From Squalus acanthias (lineage: Eukaryota), in the NCBI GenBank assembly GCA_030390025.1, contig CM059438.1, forward strand, positions 65,660,001 through 65,724,000: DNA of 64,000 bases, in the 5' to 3' direction. The translations under genes were made by a program, and so were the position numbers. The notes under the pieces were generated by a model. It saw only the letters and a program-made list of their open reading frames with translations, searched no databases and had not been told where the DNA came from. This document shows, piece by piece, positions 47,369 through 61,182 of this stretch (within the stretch, counting starts at the first letter, position 1; every line of letters starts with the position of its first letter).

Positions 47369-49255
47369 ATTATCTCACTGCTTATCCTGCCCCGCCCATG
47401 CCTATTCCCATCTGATTTTTGACTCTGCAATCTGCTACTGTTCAGGCTTTGTCCCAACACTCCATGGCTATTACTCTTAATGTTCAGGGCTCGGCAGCAA
47501 TTCCTATAAAGGAATTGAGTCTCTGATTAATCAAATCTTGCATCTGTATGTGTGCCTTGTATAGGATAGAGCACCCATATCTAATCCCTATTCATGGTAT
47601 ATTGTTCACTGGACAACATGTGAGACACCCATCGCATTCTCCCATCCTATCAGACTAGCATGTACAGGCTAAAATTACAAAGTCAGATTTATTTACAGGT
47701 CAGTTAACATGCAGAAACGAAGAGATCGAGCCAAATTGTCAACAGCACAATACCTTGAGAAATGTAAGACCAGAATCAGTCCACAAAGGGTTAATATTAA
47801 CCTAATTAAATTGCAGAGTCGGATAAGTAACAAACATTTTGATGAAACAGTCAAGTAGTCCTCTTGGAAGACCGTCAAGATGAGATGTTGGGCCTGAATG
47901 ATTCAATTCCCAGTTCAGCCATGGAGTTCAGATGCCTTTTCCAGAATTAAAATTTAGCAGCCTGAGCTGTGATTTATGCAATAAAATGTCTTTCATGTTA
48001 CAGCCATTATTTTGAAGCAAACAAACTAACTGAGAGTCACCATATCTTGCACCCTGTGAGCTGAGTTACTATCTGGATTTCCTACAGATATAACCCCTGG
48101 GCACAGTTTTGCTCCTGTAATGAGTTCCCTTTTGAGTCCGTATTCAGAGGCTAGAATCAACTCTACGATCTGTCAATCTGCATACAGCTACATTTTAAAT
48201 GAGGTGTTCCAGACACCAAAGCAACTTTTGACTCAATTGCTTTCTTAGTAAAGTCACTGGCTGCTTCCCCATAGACACACATCTGGGGTCCTCCATTTTG
48301 AATCTGGGCGCAGGAAGACAGCTTCCATTTTAACTACTTTGAGAACTGTATGAAACAAGGGCAGAAATTTCCCCATTTGTCACAGCTTCCCTGCCCTAAT
48401 CCTCCCAGTCTAGTTTTGGATTTGACAAAAGGTGGCAGTTCCACCGTGATTTAACGTTTGCATCAGGCTTTGGATTCTTCCTACTGTTCATTTTGATAAT
48501 TGTTCACTGTGAAATGTAATTTTAAATAGCTTTTCATTTAAAAAATAATTTTGCAACTCTGACACATCCTAAATTTTTTTTCAAATGTATTTTTTTTTTG
48601 TTAGAAAGCACAGTAATCATTTTTTTGAGATAATGTTCCTCCTCCTCCTCTCCTGTAGACATAGCTTTATTGCCAGTCTGGTTACATAGGGACCAATCAC
48701 TTTCCACCTCCCCCACCCCCAACCACCTCACCCAAGTGGGCCATTTTCCTGCGTTGTCCTCGACAGTGAGAATCAGTTCTTGGGGAGCATCAAAGCGGCT
48801 TAGCAGCTGAGCACAATGTTGTCTTCACACAGCGAGCGGCGGCAATTTCGCCAAATAATTGACAGTCTTGTTTCTGAGGTAGTTCGAGCAAACAAAGATC
48901 ATGGGCCGATTGATTTTGGAATTACAAAATGGGCCCAAAATTGACAAGTAGATTATTAGGAAAAGAACACAGCCGCATAATTTATACACTTTGTGAATAG
49001 ATGCTGCAGAAGCAAATATTGTCCGTCTTTCTGAATGAATGCAAAGTACACAAATTATATTCAGGCAGCATTAAGACTTTTCATCTGCAACTTGTTTACT
49101 CTGTGCCACAGCGAGGCAGTAACACATTGTAAATATTCAAAAGGTTAAGCCAATGCTCTCAGTTACCTGATTTTCCCTTCTAATACTGGTCGGTTAACAG
49201 AAAAGCAGCATGATAAGGACACTGTGGGAAATTAGCATAAACTTATTATTCTGTT

Positions 49256-49535
49256 GCTTCCCCGATGGTTCAGTCAATTTATTCTGTGAGTCGTTCAGAC
49301 TCACAAACCAGATTAGGTCTCTCAATTCAATCCCCAATCTGCACTGAGTTAGCTGATCTCAGCTGGGTGGCATTTGAGGACCTACCATTGCCCGTCGGTT
49401 GGAGAATGGAAGGGCTCCAGCTCTAGTTCACCATCTTGTTTGTGGGAAACTGCACATATCTAGACATGGGATTGGGACAACATCAGGTATAGCTTTAATC
49501 ACCCTTGCCCCCTCCACTGCAGTCAAATAACCTGT
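49256..49535 (+). mobile_element. Old tRNA-derived SINE, possibly AmnSINE2-like (also ~2570-2809 -, ~11010-11075, ~14447-14650)
   Basis: Shared ctg(t/c)(g/a)ctgagttagctgatctcagc motif after a degenerate B box. Family name from memory only. Confidence 0.5.
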
Positions 49536-49559
49536 GAGTTATTTGACTGCAGTGGAGTA

Positions 49560-50183
49560 TAGGTTTGAGTATAGGAACAGGGATGTCCTGCTGCAGTTGT
49601 ACAGGGCCTTGGTGAGACCACACCTTGAGTACTGTGTGCAGTTTTGGTCGCCTTATCTGAGGAAGGATGCTCTTGCCATGGAAGGAGTTCAGCGAAGATT
49701 CACAAGGCTGATACCTGGGATGGCAGGAATGACATATGAGGAGAGATTGGGTCGATTGGGCTTATACTCGCTGGAGTATAGAAGAATGAGCGGGGATCTC
49801 ATCGAAACATATAAAATTCTGACAGGTCTGGACAAACTAGATGCAGGAAGAATGTTCCCGATGGTCGGAGAGTCCAGAACCAGGGGTCATAATCTAAGGA
49901 TAAAGGGTAAGCCATTTAGGACAGAAATGAGGAAGAATTTCTTCACCCAGAGAGTGGTGAACCTGTGGAATTCTCTACCACAGAAGGTAGTTGAGGCCAA
50001 GTCATTAAATATATTCAAGAATGAGTTAGATATATTTCTTAAAGCTAAAGGTATCAAGGGATATGGGGAGGAGGCAGGTACAGGGTACTGAGTTTGGATG
50101 ATCAGCCATGATCTCATCGAATGGCAGAGCAGGCTCGAGGGGCCGAATGGCCTACTCCTGCTCCTATCTTCTATGTTTCTATG
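49560..50183 (+). mobile_element. CR1 LINE 3' fragment
   Basis: ORF 49534..50091 is the CR1 ORF2 C-terminus. Tail ctatgtttctatg. Confidence 0.95.
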
Positions 50184-50504
50184 AACCCTCACTATTGAGC
50201 CTTATGCTCAAATGGCAGCAGAGACAGTAAGAAAAAGCTCCATTCCATCTCCATTTATAACTTGCATTAAAGTAATGGTGCAATAAATCGTTAACAAAAT
50301 GACAAGATGCAATCCTGCACTAATTGTCTGACTCCTGGTGACATTATTCACTTCTGTTATTTCTGGACTGTCTCCTCAGCCCTTTGCATCAAGAACTGGA
50401 AAATAAGCCCAGGTAGTCGCGAGCACTTTTTTGTCTTCCAGTTTTAAACCGCAGAAAGTTGGCTATGTATATCTTGCAGTTGGACAGTCTTCCTTGTGAA
50501 GATG

Positions 50505-50705
50505 AAGTAGTGTGGTCTAATTGAGGTGTTGAAGAAGATTAAAGTAGATAGAGAGAATCTATTTCTTCTGGTGGCGGAGCCCAGAACAAGGGGGCATAAC
50601 CTTAAAATTAGAACTTGGCCGTTCAGGGGTGATGTCAGAAAGCACTTCTTCACACAATGGGTAGTGGAAATCTGGAACTCTCTCCCCCAAAAAGCTGTTG
50701 AGTGT
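50505..50705 (+). mobile_element. CR1 ORF2 C-terminal fragment
   Basis: RTRGHNLKI...RKHFFTQWVVEIWNSLP. Confidence 0.8.
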
Positions 50706-51697
50706 GAAACCAAAACCCAAATGCTTGCTGTTCTCATTGTAATTATGTTGCATATTTTGTATCGATGTAAATCAAGAAGTAGAATCAGTTTGGGTGGAGC
50801 TAAGAAACAGCAAGGGGCAGAAAACATTGGTGGGAGTTGTTTATAGGCCCCCAAACAGTAGTTGTAATGTAGGGAAGAGTATAAATCAGGAAGTTAGAGG
50901 CGCATATAACAAGGGTAATACAGTAATCATGGAGGACTTTAATCTACATATAAACTGGGCAAACCAAATTTGCAGTAATAGTGTGGAGGACGAATTCATG
51001 GAATGTATAGAAGATAGTTTTCTAGATCAGTATGTTGAGGAACCAACTAGGGAACAGGCTATTTTAGATCTAGTATTGTGCAATGAGAAAGAGTTAATTA
51101 ATAACCTTGTAGTAAAGGGGCCTTTAGGGAAGAGTGACCATAATATGATAGAATTTTATATTGAGTTTGAAAGTGATTTAGTTAAATCTGAAACTAGGGT
51201 CTTAAATCTAAACAAAGCAAACTACGTAGGTATGAGGGGCGAGTTGGCTAAGGTAGATTGGGAAACTACATTAAAAGGTATGATGGCAGAGAAGCAATGG
51301 CTAGCATTTAAAGAATTAATACATAATTTACAACAAACATACATTCCTTTAGGGCACAAAAACCCCACAGGAAAAGTGGTCCAACTGTGGCTAACAAGAG
51401 AAGTTAAAGATAGTATTAGATCAAAGGAAGAGGCTTATAATGTTGCCAAACAGAGTAGTAAGTCTGAGGATTGGGTCGATTTTAGAGTTCAGCAAAGGAG
51501 GACCAAGAAATTGATAAAGAAAGGAAAAATAGAATGAGTGTAAACTAGCAAGAGACATAAAAACAGATTGTAAAAGCTTCTATAGGTATGGAAAAAGGAA
51601 AAGATTAGTGAAAGTAAATGTGGGTCCCTTACAGGCCGAGACAGGAGAAATTATAATAGGGAATAAGGAAATGGCAGAGAAATTAAACAAATATGAT

Positions 51698-52560
51698 GGC
51701 CACGATTTGAGGGTGGATTTGGAGGTGGGTCAAAGGTTTAAATCATTTTGATTGACGGCGGGTTCCGATCCCGCCATCAACCCGTGCCCAAACAATTTTC
51801 CCAAGTGTCGGGTCCCCGGTTTGCCCGTGGACCCAACACCTAGCGGCGGGAAGAGGATTAAAGCCAATTACCTGCCTGTTAACAGGTAGTTGAGAGTAGT
51901 TGACAGGCTATTTTTTAATTTTGCCACTTCTGCCTCGGGCTTCCCAATGTCCGGACACCACGCCAGGTAAGTGTGGCGTGTTGTGAGTCTGCTGTATTGT
52001 TTCTGCATTGATGACAGCTGCAGAAGTGGTGTGAAGGATCCAATGGTACACTGGTGAGTCTCAGAGGTAAGAAACTGTTGGAAAAATCATTTTTAATGCA
52101 TTTACACATTTCTTTAGGTAACAAGTTTTGCAAACGATGTCTATTGCCACCTCATTGGGAGAACCTCTCTCAAAAGTGACAAATCGCCCCTGTCACCTCA
52201 TCTGCAGCTGCCATCTGTTCCAGCCTATGGTGGGAGTCACTGGAGAGCCTGGGTGCAAGAGCTCACCTTTGTACAGTGACTGTCAGTGTTTGCAGCACTT
52301 CAATGCTGTCAAACACTGAGAAATAAGCTGTCAAAAAAAATTGTGCGTGGTCCCTTTAAGAAAACCAGCAGATGATGCATCATCAAATGACGTCATCTGA
52401 CCGGCTTCCTCTTAATTAGCCGGCAAGCCCGCAGGGCGGGCTTAACAAGGTCAGTCAACTTAAAATCACATCTGTGGGCCGGATGCAGTTGGGGGCAGGA
52501 TTGGAAGCCGGAAACCAACTGACCCGCTCCCAACCCACATCCATTGATAAAATCGCAGCC
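51698..52560 (-). mobile_element. MITE family B copy inserted in CR1
   Basis: Reverse-complement homology to 8099-8981. Interrupts CR1 at aacaaatat|tttgtgtctgtc. Confidence 0.8.
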
Positions 52561-53361
52561 TTTGTGTCTGTCTTCACGGAAGAAGACGCAAAAAACTTCC
52601 CAGAAATAGTGGAGTACCAAGGTCTAGCGAGAATTAGGAACTGAAAGAAATTAGTATTAGTAAAAAAATAGTACTGGAGAAATTAATGGGACCGAAAGCT
52701 GATAAATCCCCTGGACCTGATGGCCTACATCCTAGGGCTTTGAAAGAGGTGGCTACAGAGATAGTGGATGCATTGGTTGTCATCTTCCAAAATTCCATAG
52801 ATTCTAGAAGGGTTCCCGCAGATTAGAAAGTAGCAAATGTAACCCCACTATTTAAGAAAGGAGGGAGAGAGAAAACTGGGAACTACAGACCAGTTAGCCT
52901 GACATCAGCAGTAGGGAAAATGCTAGAATCTATTATTAAGGACGTGGTAACAGGGTACTTAGAAAATAATAATAGGATTGGGCAGCCAACACAGATTTAT
53001 GAAAGGGAAATCATGTTTGACAAATCTGTTAGAGTTTTTTGAGGTTGTAACTCGCAGAATAGATAAGAGGGAACCAGTGGATGTGGGGTATTTGGATTTT
53101 CAGAAGGCATTCGGTAAGGTGTCACACAAGAGGTTATTAAACAAAATTAGAGCTCATGGGATTGGGGGTAATATACTAGTATGGATTAAGGATTGGTTAA
53201 TGGACAGAAAACAGAGAGTAGGAATAAACGGGTCATTTTCGGGTTGGCAGGCTGTAACTAGTGGGGTACCGCAAGGTTCAGTGCTTGGGCCTCAGCTACT
53301 CACAATCTAGATCAATGATTTGGATGAGGGCACCAAATGTAATATATCCAAGTTTGCTGAT

Positions 53362-53503
53362 AGAAACATAGAAAAATAGGAGCAGGAGTAAGCCATTTGG
53401 CCCTTCGAGCCTGCTCCGCCATTCAATATGATCATGGCTGATCCTCTATCTCAATACCATATTCCTGCTCTCTCCCCATACCCCTTGATGCCTTTTGTGT
53501 CTA
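53362..53503 (-). mobile_element. Short CR1 3' tail insertion
   Basis: agaaacatagaaaaataggagcaggag... interrupting gctgat|gataca (FADD motif region). Confidence 0.8.
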
Positions 53504-53971
53504 GATGATACACAGCTAGGTGGGAATGTAAGTTGTGAGGAGGATGCAAAGAGGCTTCAAGGGGATATAGACAGGCTAAGTGAATGCCTAAGAACATGGC
53601 AAATGGAATATAATGTGGAGAAATGTGAAGTTATCCACTTTGGTTGGAAAAATAGAAAAGCAGAGTATTTTTTAAATAGTGAGAGGTTGGTGTTCAGAGG
53701 GACCTGGTGTCCTTGTACACAAATCACTGAAAATTAACATGCAGTTACAGAAAGCAATTAGTAAAGCAAATGGTATGTTGGCCTTTATTACAAGAGGATT
53801 TGAGTATAAGAGTAAAGACGTCTAACTGCAATTATATAGGGCCCTGGTGAGACCACACCTGGAGTATTGTGTACAGTTTTGGTCTCCTTACCTAAGGAAG
53901 GATATACTTGCCATAGAGGGAGTGCTATGAAGGTTCACCAGACTGATTCTTGGGATGGGGGGATTGCCCTC

Positions 53972-56150
53972 TGAAACATAGGGCTGCATTTTGATACTGG
54001 GGCGGACTTGGGTCGTGTTATCCACTTTTCGTGTTATCCACCCGACTGCAATTGGATGTGGGAGATTGATACGATTTTCACCTAATTGGGCAATTGAGTT
54101 CCAGCATGTGGGAACCCATGACCCAATTAGTGTTTTCAGTCTGAAAGTCGCCTCTGATGATGTCATCATTGCTGCTGCATTGAAGGTCTGCAAAGACTGT
54201 CTGGCCTTTGCTGTGAGAGGACCTGCAGGCAAAATGAGCAGCAGCAGCCCTAAGTCTGCTCCCAGATATTTTTGTTCCACCACCACCACCGCCGCCGCCG
54301 CTGCTGCCACCACCACCTCTGTAATAGTGAACCTGCAGCTGATAGTCAGCTATCGAAATGTGCTCCCGCCAGGTTTCACATTCGTGGTTCAGAACAGGCG
54401 TGCTTCACGTAGAAAAAGGGTTAAAATCACAAAGGCCTTTCAATATGGCATTATACAGGCAATTTAGTGCTTGTTAAAGGCCTTAACAGCCTATCCCGCC
54501 TCTTAGAGGCGGGACGGAGTCAGGACCAGCAGACACGATTTAATGAAAATTGCGTGGAGGCGGGATGGAGGCGGGCTTGTGCCCTTCCGCTAGTTTTCGC
54601 AATTTTAACCCCCCACACGCCTCAAACCCACCTCCACGGGTCAATGAAAATTCTGCCCATAGAAACATAGAAGATAGGAGCAGGGGTAGGCCATTCGGCC
54701 CCTTGAGCCTTCTCCGCCATTCAATGCGATCATGGCTGATCATCCAAATTCAGTACCCTGTTCCTGCTTTCTCCCCATATCCCTTAATCCATTTCGCCTT
54801 AAGAAATATATCTAACTCCTTCTTGAATATATTTAATGAATTGACCTCAACTGTGTTCTGTGGTAGAGAATTCCACAGGTTCACCACTCTCTGGGTGAAG
54901 AAATTCCTCCTCATCTCAGTCCTAAATGGCTTACCCCTTATCCTTAGACTGTGACCTCTGGTTCTGGACTCCCGTGCCATCGGGAACATCCTTCCTGCAT
55001 CTAGTCTGTCTAGTCCTGTTAGAATTTTATAAGTTTCAATGAGATCCCCTCTCATTCTTCTAAACTCTAGCGAATATAAGCCTAATCGACCCAATCTCTC
55101 TTCATACGTCATTCCTGCCATCCCAGGTATCAGTCTGGTGAATCTTCGCTGCACTCCCTCCATGGCAAGAACATCCTTTCTCAGATAAGGCGACCAAAAC
55201 TGCACACAATACTCAAGGTGTGGTCTCACCAAGGCCCTGTACAACTGCAGCAAGACATCCTTGCTCCTGTACTCGAATCCTCTTGCTATGAAGGCCAACA
55301 TACCATTTGCCTTCTTAACCGCCTGCTGCACCTGCATATTTACCTTCAGCGACTGGTGCACAAGGACACCCAGGTCTCATTGCACTTCCCCTTTTCCCAA
55401 TCTATTGCCATTCAGATAATTATCTGTCTTCCTGTTTTTGCCACCAAAGTGGATAACCTCGCATTTATTCACATTATACTGCATCTGCCATGCATCTGCC
55501 CAATCACCCAACCTGTCCAAATCATACTGGAGTTTCTCTGCATCCTCCTCACAGCACACATGCCCACCCAGCTTTGTGTCATCTGCAAACTTGGAGATAT
55601 TACATCTAGTTCCCTCATCTAGATCATTAATATATATTGTGAATAGCTAGGGTCCTAGCACCGATCCCTGCGGTACCCCACTAGTCACTGCCTGCCACAC
55701 GGAAAAAGACCCGTTTATTCCAACTCTTTGCTTCCTGTCTGCCAACCAGTTCTCTATCCAAGTCAGTACCTTACCCCCAATCCCATGTGCTTTAACTTTG
55801 CACGCCAATCTCTTATGCAGGACCTTATCAAAAGCCTTCTGGAAGTCCAAATACACCACATCCACTGGTTCTCCCTTATCTATTCTACCAGTTACATCCT
55901 CAAAAAATTCCAGTAGATTAGTCAAGCATGATTTACCTTTTGTAAATCCATGCTGACTTTTTCCGATCTTGTCACTGTTTTCCAAGTGCTCTGCTATAAT
56001 GGACTCTAGCATTTTCCCCACTACCGATGTCAGGCTTACCAGTCTATAATTCCCCGTTTTCTCTCTGCCACCTTTTTTAAATAGTGGGGTTACATTAGCT
56101 ACCCTCCAATCCATGGGAACTGTTCCAGAGTCTATAGAATTTTGGGAGAT
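53972..56150 (-). mobile_element. CR1 LINE, 5'-truncated, nested antisense in the CR1 above
   Basis: ORFs 55647..56114, 55377..55559 and 54750..55361. Tail split by a MITE. Confidence 0.92.
53981..54658 (+). mobile_element. MITE family C copy inserted in a CR1 tail, ATA TSD
   Basis: TIR gggctgcatttt / aaaattctgccc. ata on both sides. Confidence 0.8.
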
Positions 56151-57211
56151 GAGAGATTGAGTAGACTAGGCCTATATTCTCTAGAGTTTAGAAGAATGAG
56201 CGGTGATCTCATTGAAACATACAAAATTCTTAGAGGGCTTGACAGGGTAGATGCAGGGAGGATCTTTCCCCTGACTGGGGAGTCTAGAACCAGGGGTCAC
56301 AGTCTCAGAATAATGGGTCAGCCATTTAGGACTGAGATGAGGAGAAATTTCTTCACTCAGAGGTTGTTGAATCTTTGGAATTCTCTACTCCAGAGGGCTG
56401 TGGAGGCTCAGTCGTTGAGTATATTCAAGCCAGATAGCGATAGATTTTTGGATATTAAGGGAATCAAGGGATATGTGGATAGTGCAGGAAAGTGGAGTTG
56501 AGGTACAAGATCAGCCATAACCTTATTGAATGGCGGAGCAGGCTCGATGGGCCAAATGGCCTACTCCTGCTCCTATTTCTTATGTTCTTATGTTCTTAAA
56601 GCTGATTTACCTGAATTATTTAGTATCTGACAGTTGAACCTCCCTTGGCTAAAGTATGCATTTAGCACTGCTTCTACTGGGAGAAAAATTCCCTTGTTAA
56701 CCTGGACGGGTGTTCCAAAACCTCAATTAGACACAAATTTACTCCCAAGTTATTAATTTTTATTCAATAATAGACTACCAAGATTTGACCTCAAGGCTCT
56801 CTTTTTACCTTTTGAAAATCTGGGCCTATTAACAGTGGACATTAGTGAGAGAAGCAATTAACGTTAATTGTGCACTCAGAAAACAGAGGAGCCATTTGCA
56901 CAGAGCTGACTTAGTTTCATGTGGAGAAACAATTGTCTGGCAAAAGCAATAAATTAGGGAAAGTGGTACATGTAGTTTGAAAGAAAAAGATCAAATGAGT
57001 CAACATCAAAGAAAAAAAAACACTTCAAGAATGAGCTTTGCCCTGATGTATATGTATTGGTAAAAAATGGAACTGATAGAATCATGATTCACTTTGTCCT
57101 TTCTTGATTTGTATTTCTAATTTCATGAAGTGTTTTATTTTATTTCTGCTGGCGATATTTTCTGAGAATTGATTGAATTATGAGGGAGATAAATTAAGGT
57201 TTGCAGATAAA

Positions 57212-57645
57212 GAACTAGCATATATATAACGCATTTCATGTCCTTGGGATGTCCCGCAGCACTTCACAGCCAGTGGAGTACCTTTGACGTGTAGTCACTG
57301 TTGTAATATAGGTAAACACAGCAGCCATTTTGCACACAGCAATGGGATAAATGACCAGATAATCTGTTTCAGTGCTGTTGGCTGAGGGTTAAACATTGGC
57401 CATAAACCAGGAGAACTCCCTACTCTTCTTTGAATAGTGTCATGGAGTCTTTTATGTCCTATTGAGAGAGAGCAGACGGGGTCTTGGTTTAACATCCCAT
57501 CTGAATGTAAGCACCTCTGACACTGCAGCCCTCCCTCAGTACTGCACTGGAGTGTCAGCCTAGATTTTGTGCTCAAGTCACTGGAGTGGGGCTTGAACCC
57601 ACAACCTTCTGACTTGGACACAAAAGTGCTACCCACTGAGCCAAG
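57212..57645 (-). mobile_element. DeuSINE (SacSINE1-like) copy
   Basis: Reverse-complement homology to 61813-62275. Confidence 0.85.
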
Positions 57646-59879
57646 ACTTGCTATCTGCAGTTATTAGGTGCTTTTGTGTTGTGCTTAATTCTGAAAGATC
57701 TCAATGCATGGATCTATCACAACTGGTGTCAACAGCACATTAAACTTAACATATTTGCTCAGGCTGGTGGCTTGGAAGACTCACATGTAAGGACTGGTGG
57801 CATCTCAATGACACTGAGTGTGCTATCAAAATATATTGATCCCTTGTTTCCATTCTGCCCAGCGACAGTAACCTCCATGCATCACCTACCCTTGCTGAAT
57901 TTACAGTCAGGTGCCTGTTGCACTTGGCTCCTTTGTGAAAGGGGATTGGCTCCTTGGGTTTACTTTCCTCAAACCAGTTCTGCTAATCTGACAGCTCTTT
58001 CACAGACCCACGTTTTCACCCCACACTCAAGAACACCCTCAAGCTAATTCCATTCATTCGGCTTTATGAAATGTTGAAGCAAAACCTTTTTAACCAAAGA
58101 AAATAGTAATTAAGTTAAAATCTGTGCGATTGATATTAAAAAAAATGTTGCTGACCTTGAGACTTTCTCTTTATTGGACATATTGGTCTGAGCCTCATAG
58201 CGTTACTTTCATACTCAGTGAAACTTGAGCCAGGCAACAAATTAGTCATTGCCAGAGGTGGGATGTGCCAGCTGAAATCTCAACGAAGAACTGACCAAAC
58301 TCATTACAGTTGACAGATTAAGGGAAGAAAAATCTCCCTTTGTCTCAGCAATGTCCTCTGCTGCACCAGTGTGACAGTTGTGATTTCCAACATTCGCCAT
58401 CATATGGCCTATTTGAGTAAGATTTCCAGTTCACGACTGTTCGGGCATACCTATCAGTTGTCAGCATTTCAAGCGGCCAGCATTTTAATCTTTGTACCAT
58501 CTTGTCAGTGTCCCATAAGAAAAAATGTCTTTTCATTGGGATTGGAGGTCGACTATCATTCAATCAGATAAATTAGAGGTCAGGACTGAAGGCTGTTAAA
58601 ACCAGTAAACTTGGTTGGAAGGTGGGACTGGTGTCTGTTGGAGCCAATCACAATGGTTGGAGAGTGGAACTGGAGGCTGGAACTGAAGCTTGTCAGAAAC
58701 AACCAGACTGGTTGGAGGGTGTGGTTAGAGGCGAGGATCAAAGGCTGTTAGAACCAATCATACTAGTTGGAGGGTGGCAATGGAGACTACCAGGATCATT
58801 GAGTTAGACATTATTTCCGCTGTTTGCTGAATGCAGGCTCAGTTACAAGTTTGTTGATTTGATGTTTGTCACTAAAGATGTTGCTGCTAAAATGCAATTT
58901 TGTTAAAGCTTTCTGGGCCAAGCCAGGTTTTTGTCTTATGTGAAGGTTTATTTGCTTCAAGACTGGTTGCAGCCATTTCTTTGAGACAAGGAGGATGATC
59001 CCCTGATGTGAATGGTTTAACTGGCTTTACTCGACCCTTTCTGTCACTACAGGGTTAGATGGTGATGAGTTTAATTTAATTTTTTTTTAAATACACAAGA
59101 GTTTCCTGTATTTAGAATTTTTCTGCATTGTTCTACTGTGATTTGGACTTTTGGCCTACTTTGTTTTTGAGTGCAGCACCCAATTCTGTAAGGTAACTTT
59201 GAAAGTTGAAGGTTCTTTTGTTGCTATGCATTAGCCAGGGAGAAAGCCTGCACCACCTGTATTTAAATAATCAACATCCATGCGGAGATTTGAGAAGTGA
59301 CATTAATAATCAGCTGCCTCTGCTACTTCCTCCTTTTCCCTTTCTCCACTTCCCTTGTGCACCAAGCCAAATCTCCCCCAGGCCCCCCGCCATAGCCTTG
59401 AACCCCTGTCTCTCTTTAGTTTATCTCCCATATCCCGACATGTCGCCTTTGAGCTTATCTCATCCATGAGACCCACCTTCTAATTCCCACTAAACTGTCG
59501 ACTCCCCAACTTCCTTTCATGACCCCCATGCTAGCTGACATTGTAATTGGTTCCTTCGCTTCAGGCACTGTCCCTGTGACCTATAACTGCCCCCTTTAAA
59601 AAAAAACACTCTTGACCTATACCTAAGTGCCTGAGTTGATTAGTTTACATGAGCATTATGCTTTGGCCCAATAGGCCTTTCCCCATTGTCTTTTGCAATC
59701 TCAACTACAATGGGTGTTCATCTTTTGATCTGCTGCTATCATATTCTGCATCATCAAAAATCTTTCAATAATGCTGAAATGAAATGCAACAAAATTTAAT
59801 AGGATTTGTGTGCTTCCTCTGCGTGACAGTTTACGATTTCTACCTTTTTCGAAATTAACTTGGTACTCTTTCTAGGTGC

Positions 59880-60520
59880 TTTGCCAGTTCTAGGAGTAAG
59901 TGAGGTTGCAGGGCATCAGTGCGATCCTGTTAGGATTGAGAAGGCCTGTACCTGCTTGTGCTAGGACATGAAATGATGCTGCATCTAATAGTTTGGTGGC
60001 TGGTTGGTCCTGCCTACTTTCTGGTAAATCTTCTGTCATTAGAGGGAGGGCCTGAGAAGCATCAGCTACATCCATTCCCACTCCAGCTATTCCAATACTC
60101 TTGGGCACTCCTGCACCAAGTATGGGAACCCTAGACCTTTGGCCTGCAGAAGGACTCTCTTCATCAATCCCTCAAAATAATTGAAACCGGACTTGATGGT
60201 CCATCCGAAACTGGAACCCAAAGTGTTTGTAGCAGCAGTCTGACCATTCACGAGAGCTATTGCAGCTGAGTTTAGCACTCTGTCATTGGGGTTGCACTGG
60301 AAATGACCCTAAAATTGACATGTGCTCCATTGTGGAATCAGTTCCAAGCTGTCATGAATGACAGCACAGTTGTGAACACTTCACTGTTAGTGCTCCACTC
60401 ACACCCTTGTTTTAAAAACAGGTCCAGTGAAGTCTGGATCTCAGGGCTTTACAATTGAGGAAGAATGTGGCTGGCTCTCTGGTCTTCTAACTCCACCATC
60501 TGCTCCTGCTCACTTGTGCT
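59880..60520 (-). mobile_element. Older, diverged Harbinger second-gene-like fragment
   Basis: Ala/Thr/Gln-rich translation (SAAIA..QTAAT) resembling the two other copies. Weak. Confidence 0.35.
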
Positions 60521-60540
60521 CTGTATACCCACCTCAAACT

Positions 60541-61182
60541 GACAACAACAACTTTTAGTTATATAACAACTTTAATGTAGTAAAACATCTCAAGGCGCTG
60601 CACAGAAGAGTAATAAAACAAAATTTGACACTGAGCTACATAAGGAGATATTAGGGCAGGTGACCAAAAGCTTGGACAAAGAGATAGGTTTTTAAAGAGC
60701 GTCTTAAGGAGGAAAGAGAGGTAGAGAGGCGTAGAGGTTTAGTGAGGGAATTCCAAAGCTTACAGCCTTGGCAGCTGAAGGCACGGCCACCGATGGTTGA
60801 GTGATTATAATCAGGGATGCTCAAGAGGCCAGAATTGGAGGAGCACAGATATCTCAGAGGTTTGTAGGGCTGGAGGAGATTACAGAGATAGGGAGGGGCG
60901 AGGCCATGGAGGGATTAGAAAACAAGGGTGAGACTTTTAAAAATCGAGGCGTTGCTTAACCGGGAACCAATGTAGGTCAGCGAGCACAGGAGTGATGGGT
61001 GAACGGGACTTGGTGCGAGTTAGGACACAGGCAGCAGAGTTTTGGATGACCTCAAGTTTATGGAGGGTAGAACTTGGGAGGCCAGCCAGGAGTGCGTTGG
61101 AATAGTCAAGTCTAGAGGTAACAAAGGCATGGATGAGGGTTTCAGCAGCGGATGAGCTGAGGCAAAGGCGCAGTTGGGCAAC
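60541..61182 (-). mobile_element. L2-type LINE 3' fragment
   Basis: Reverse-complement homology to 25816-26698. (caa)n tail at 60541. Confidence 0.8.

Larger units (their letters stand above)
50765..56598 (+). mobile_element. CR1 LINE (APE endonuclease C-terminal part through 3' tail) interrupted by nested insertions
   Basis: GVVYRPPN...DFNL...PTRE.AILDLVL...SDHN (50794..51537). RT pieces 52560-53970, resuming at ~56150. Tail (tatgttct)n. Confidence 0.9.
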
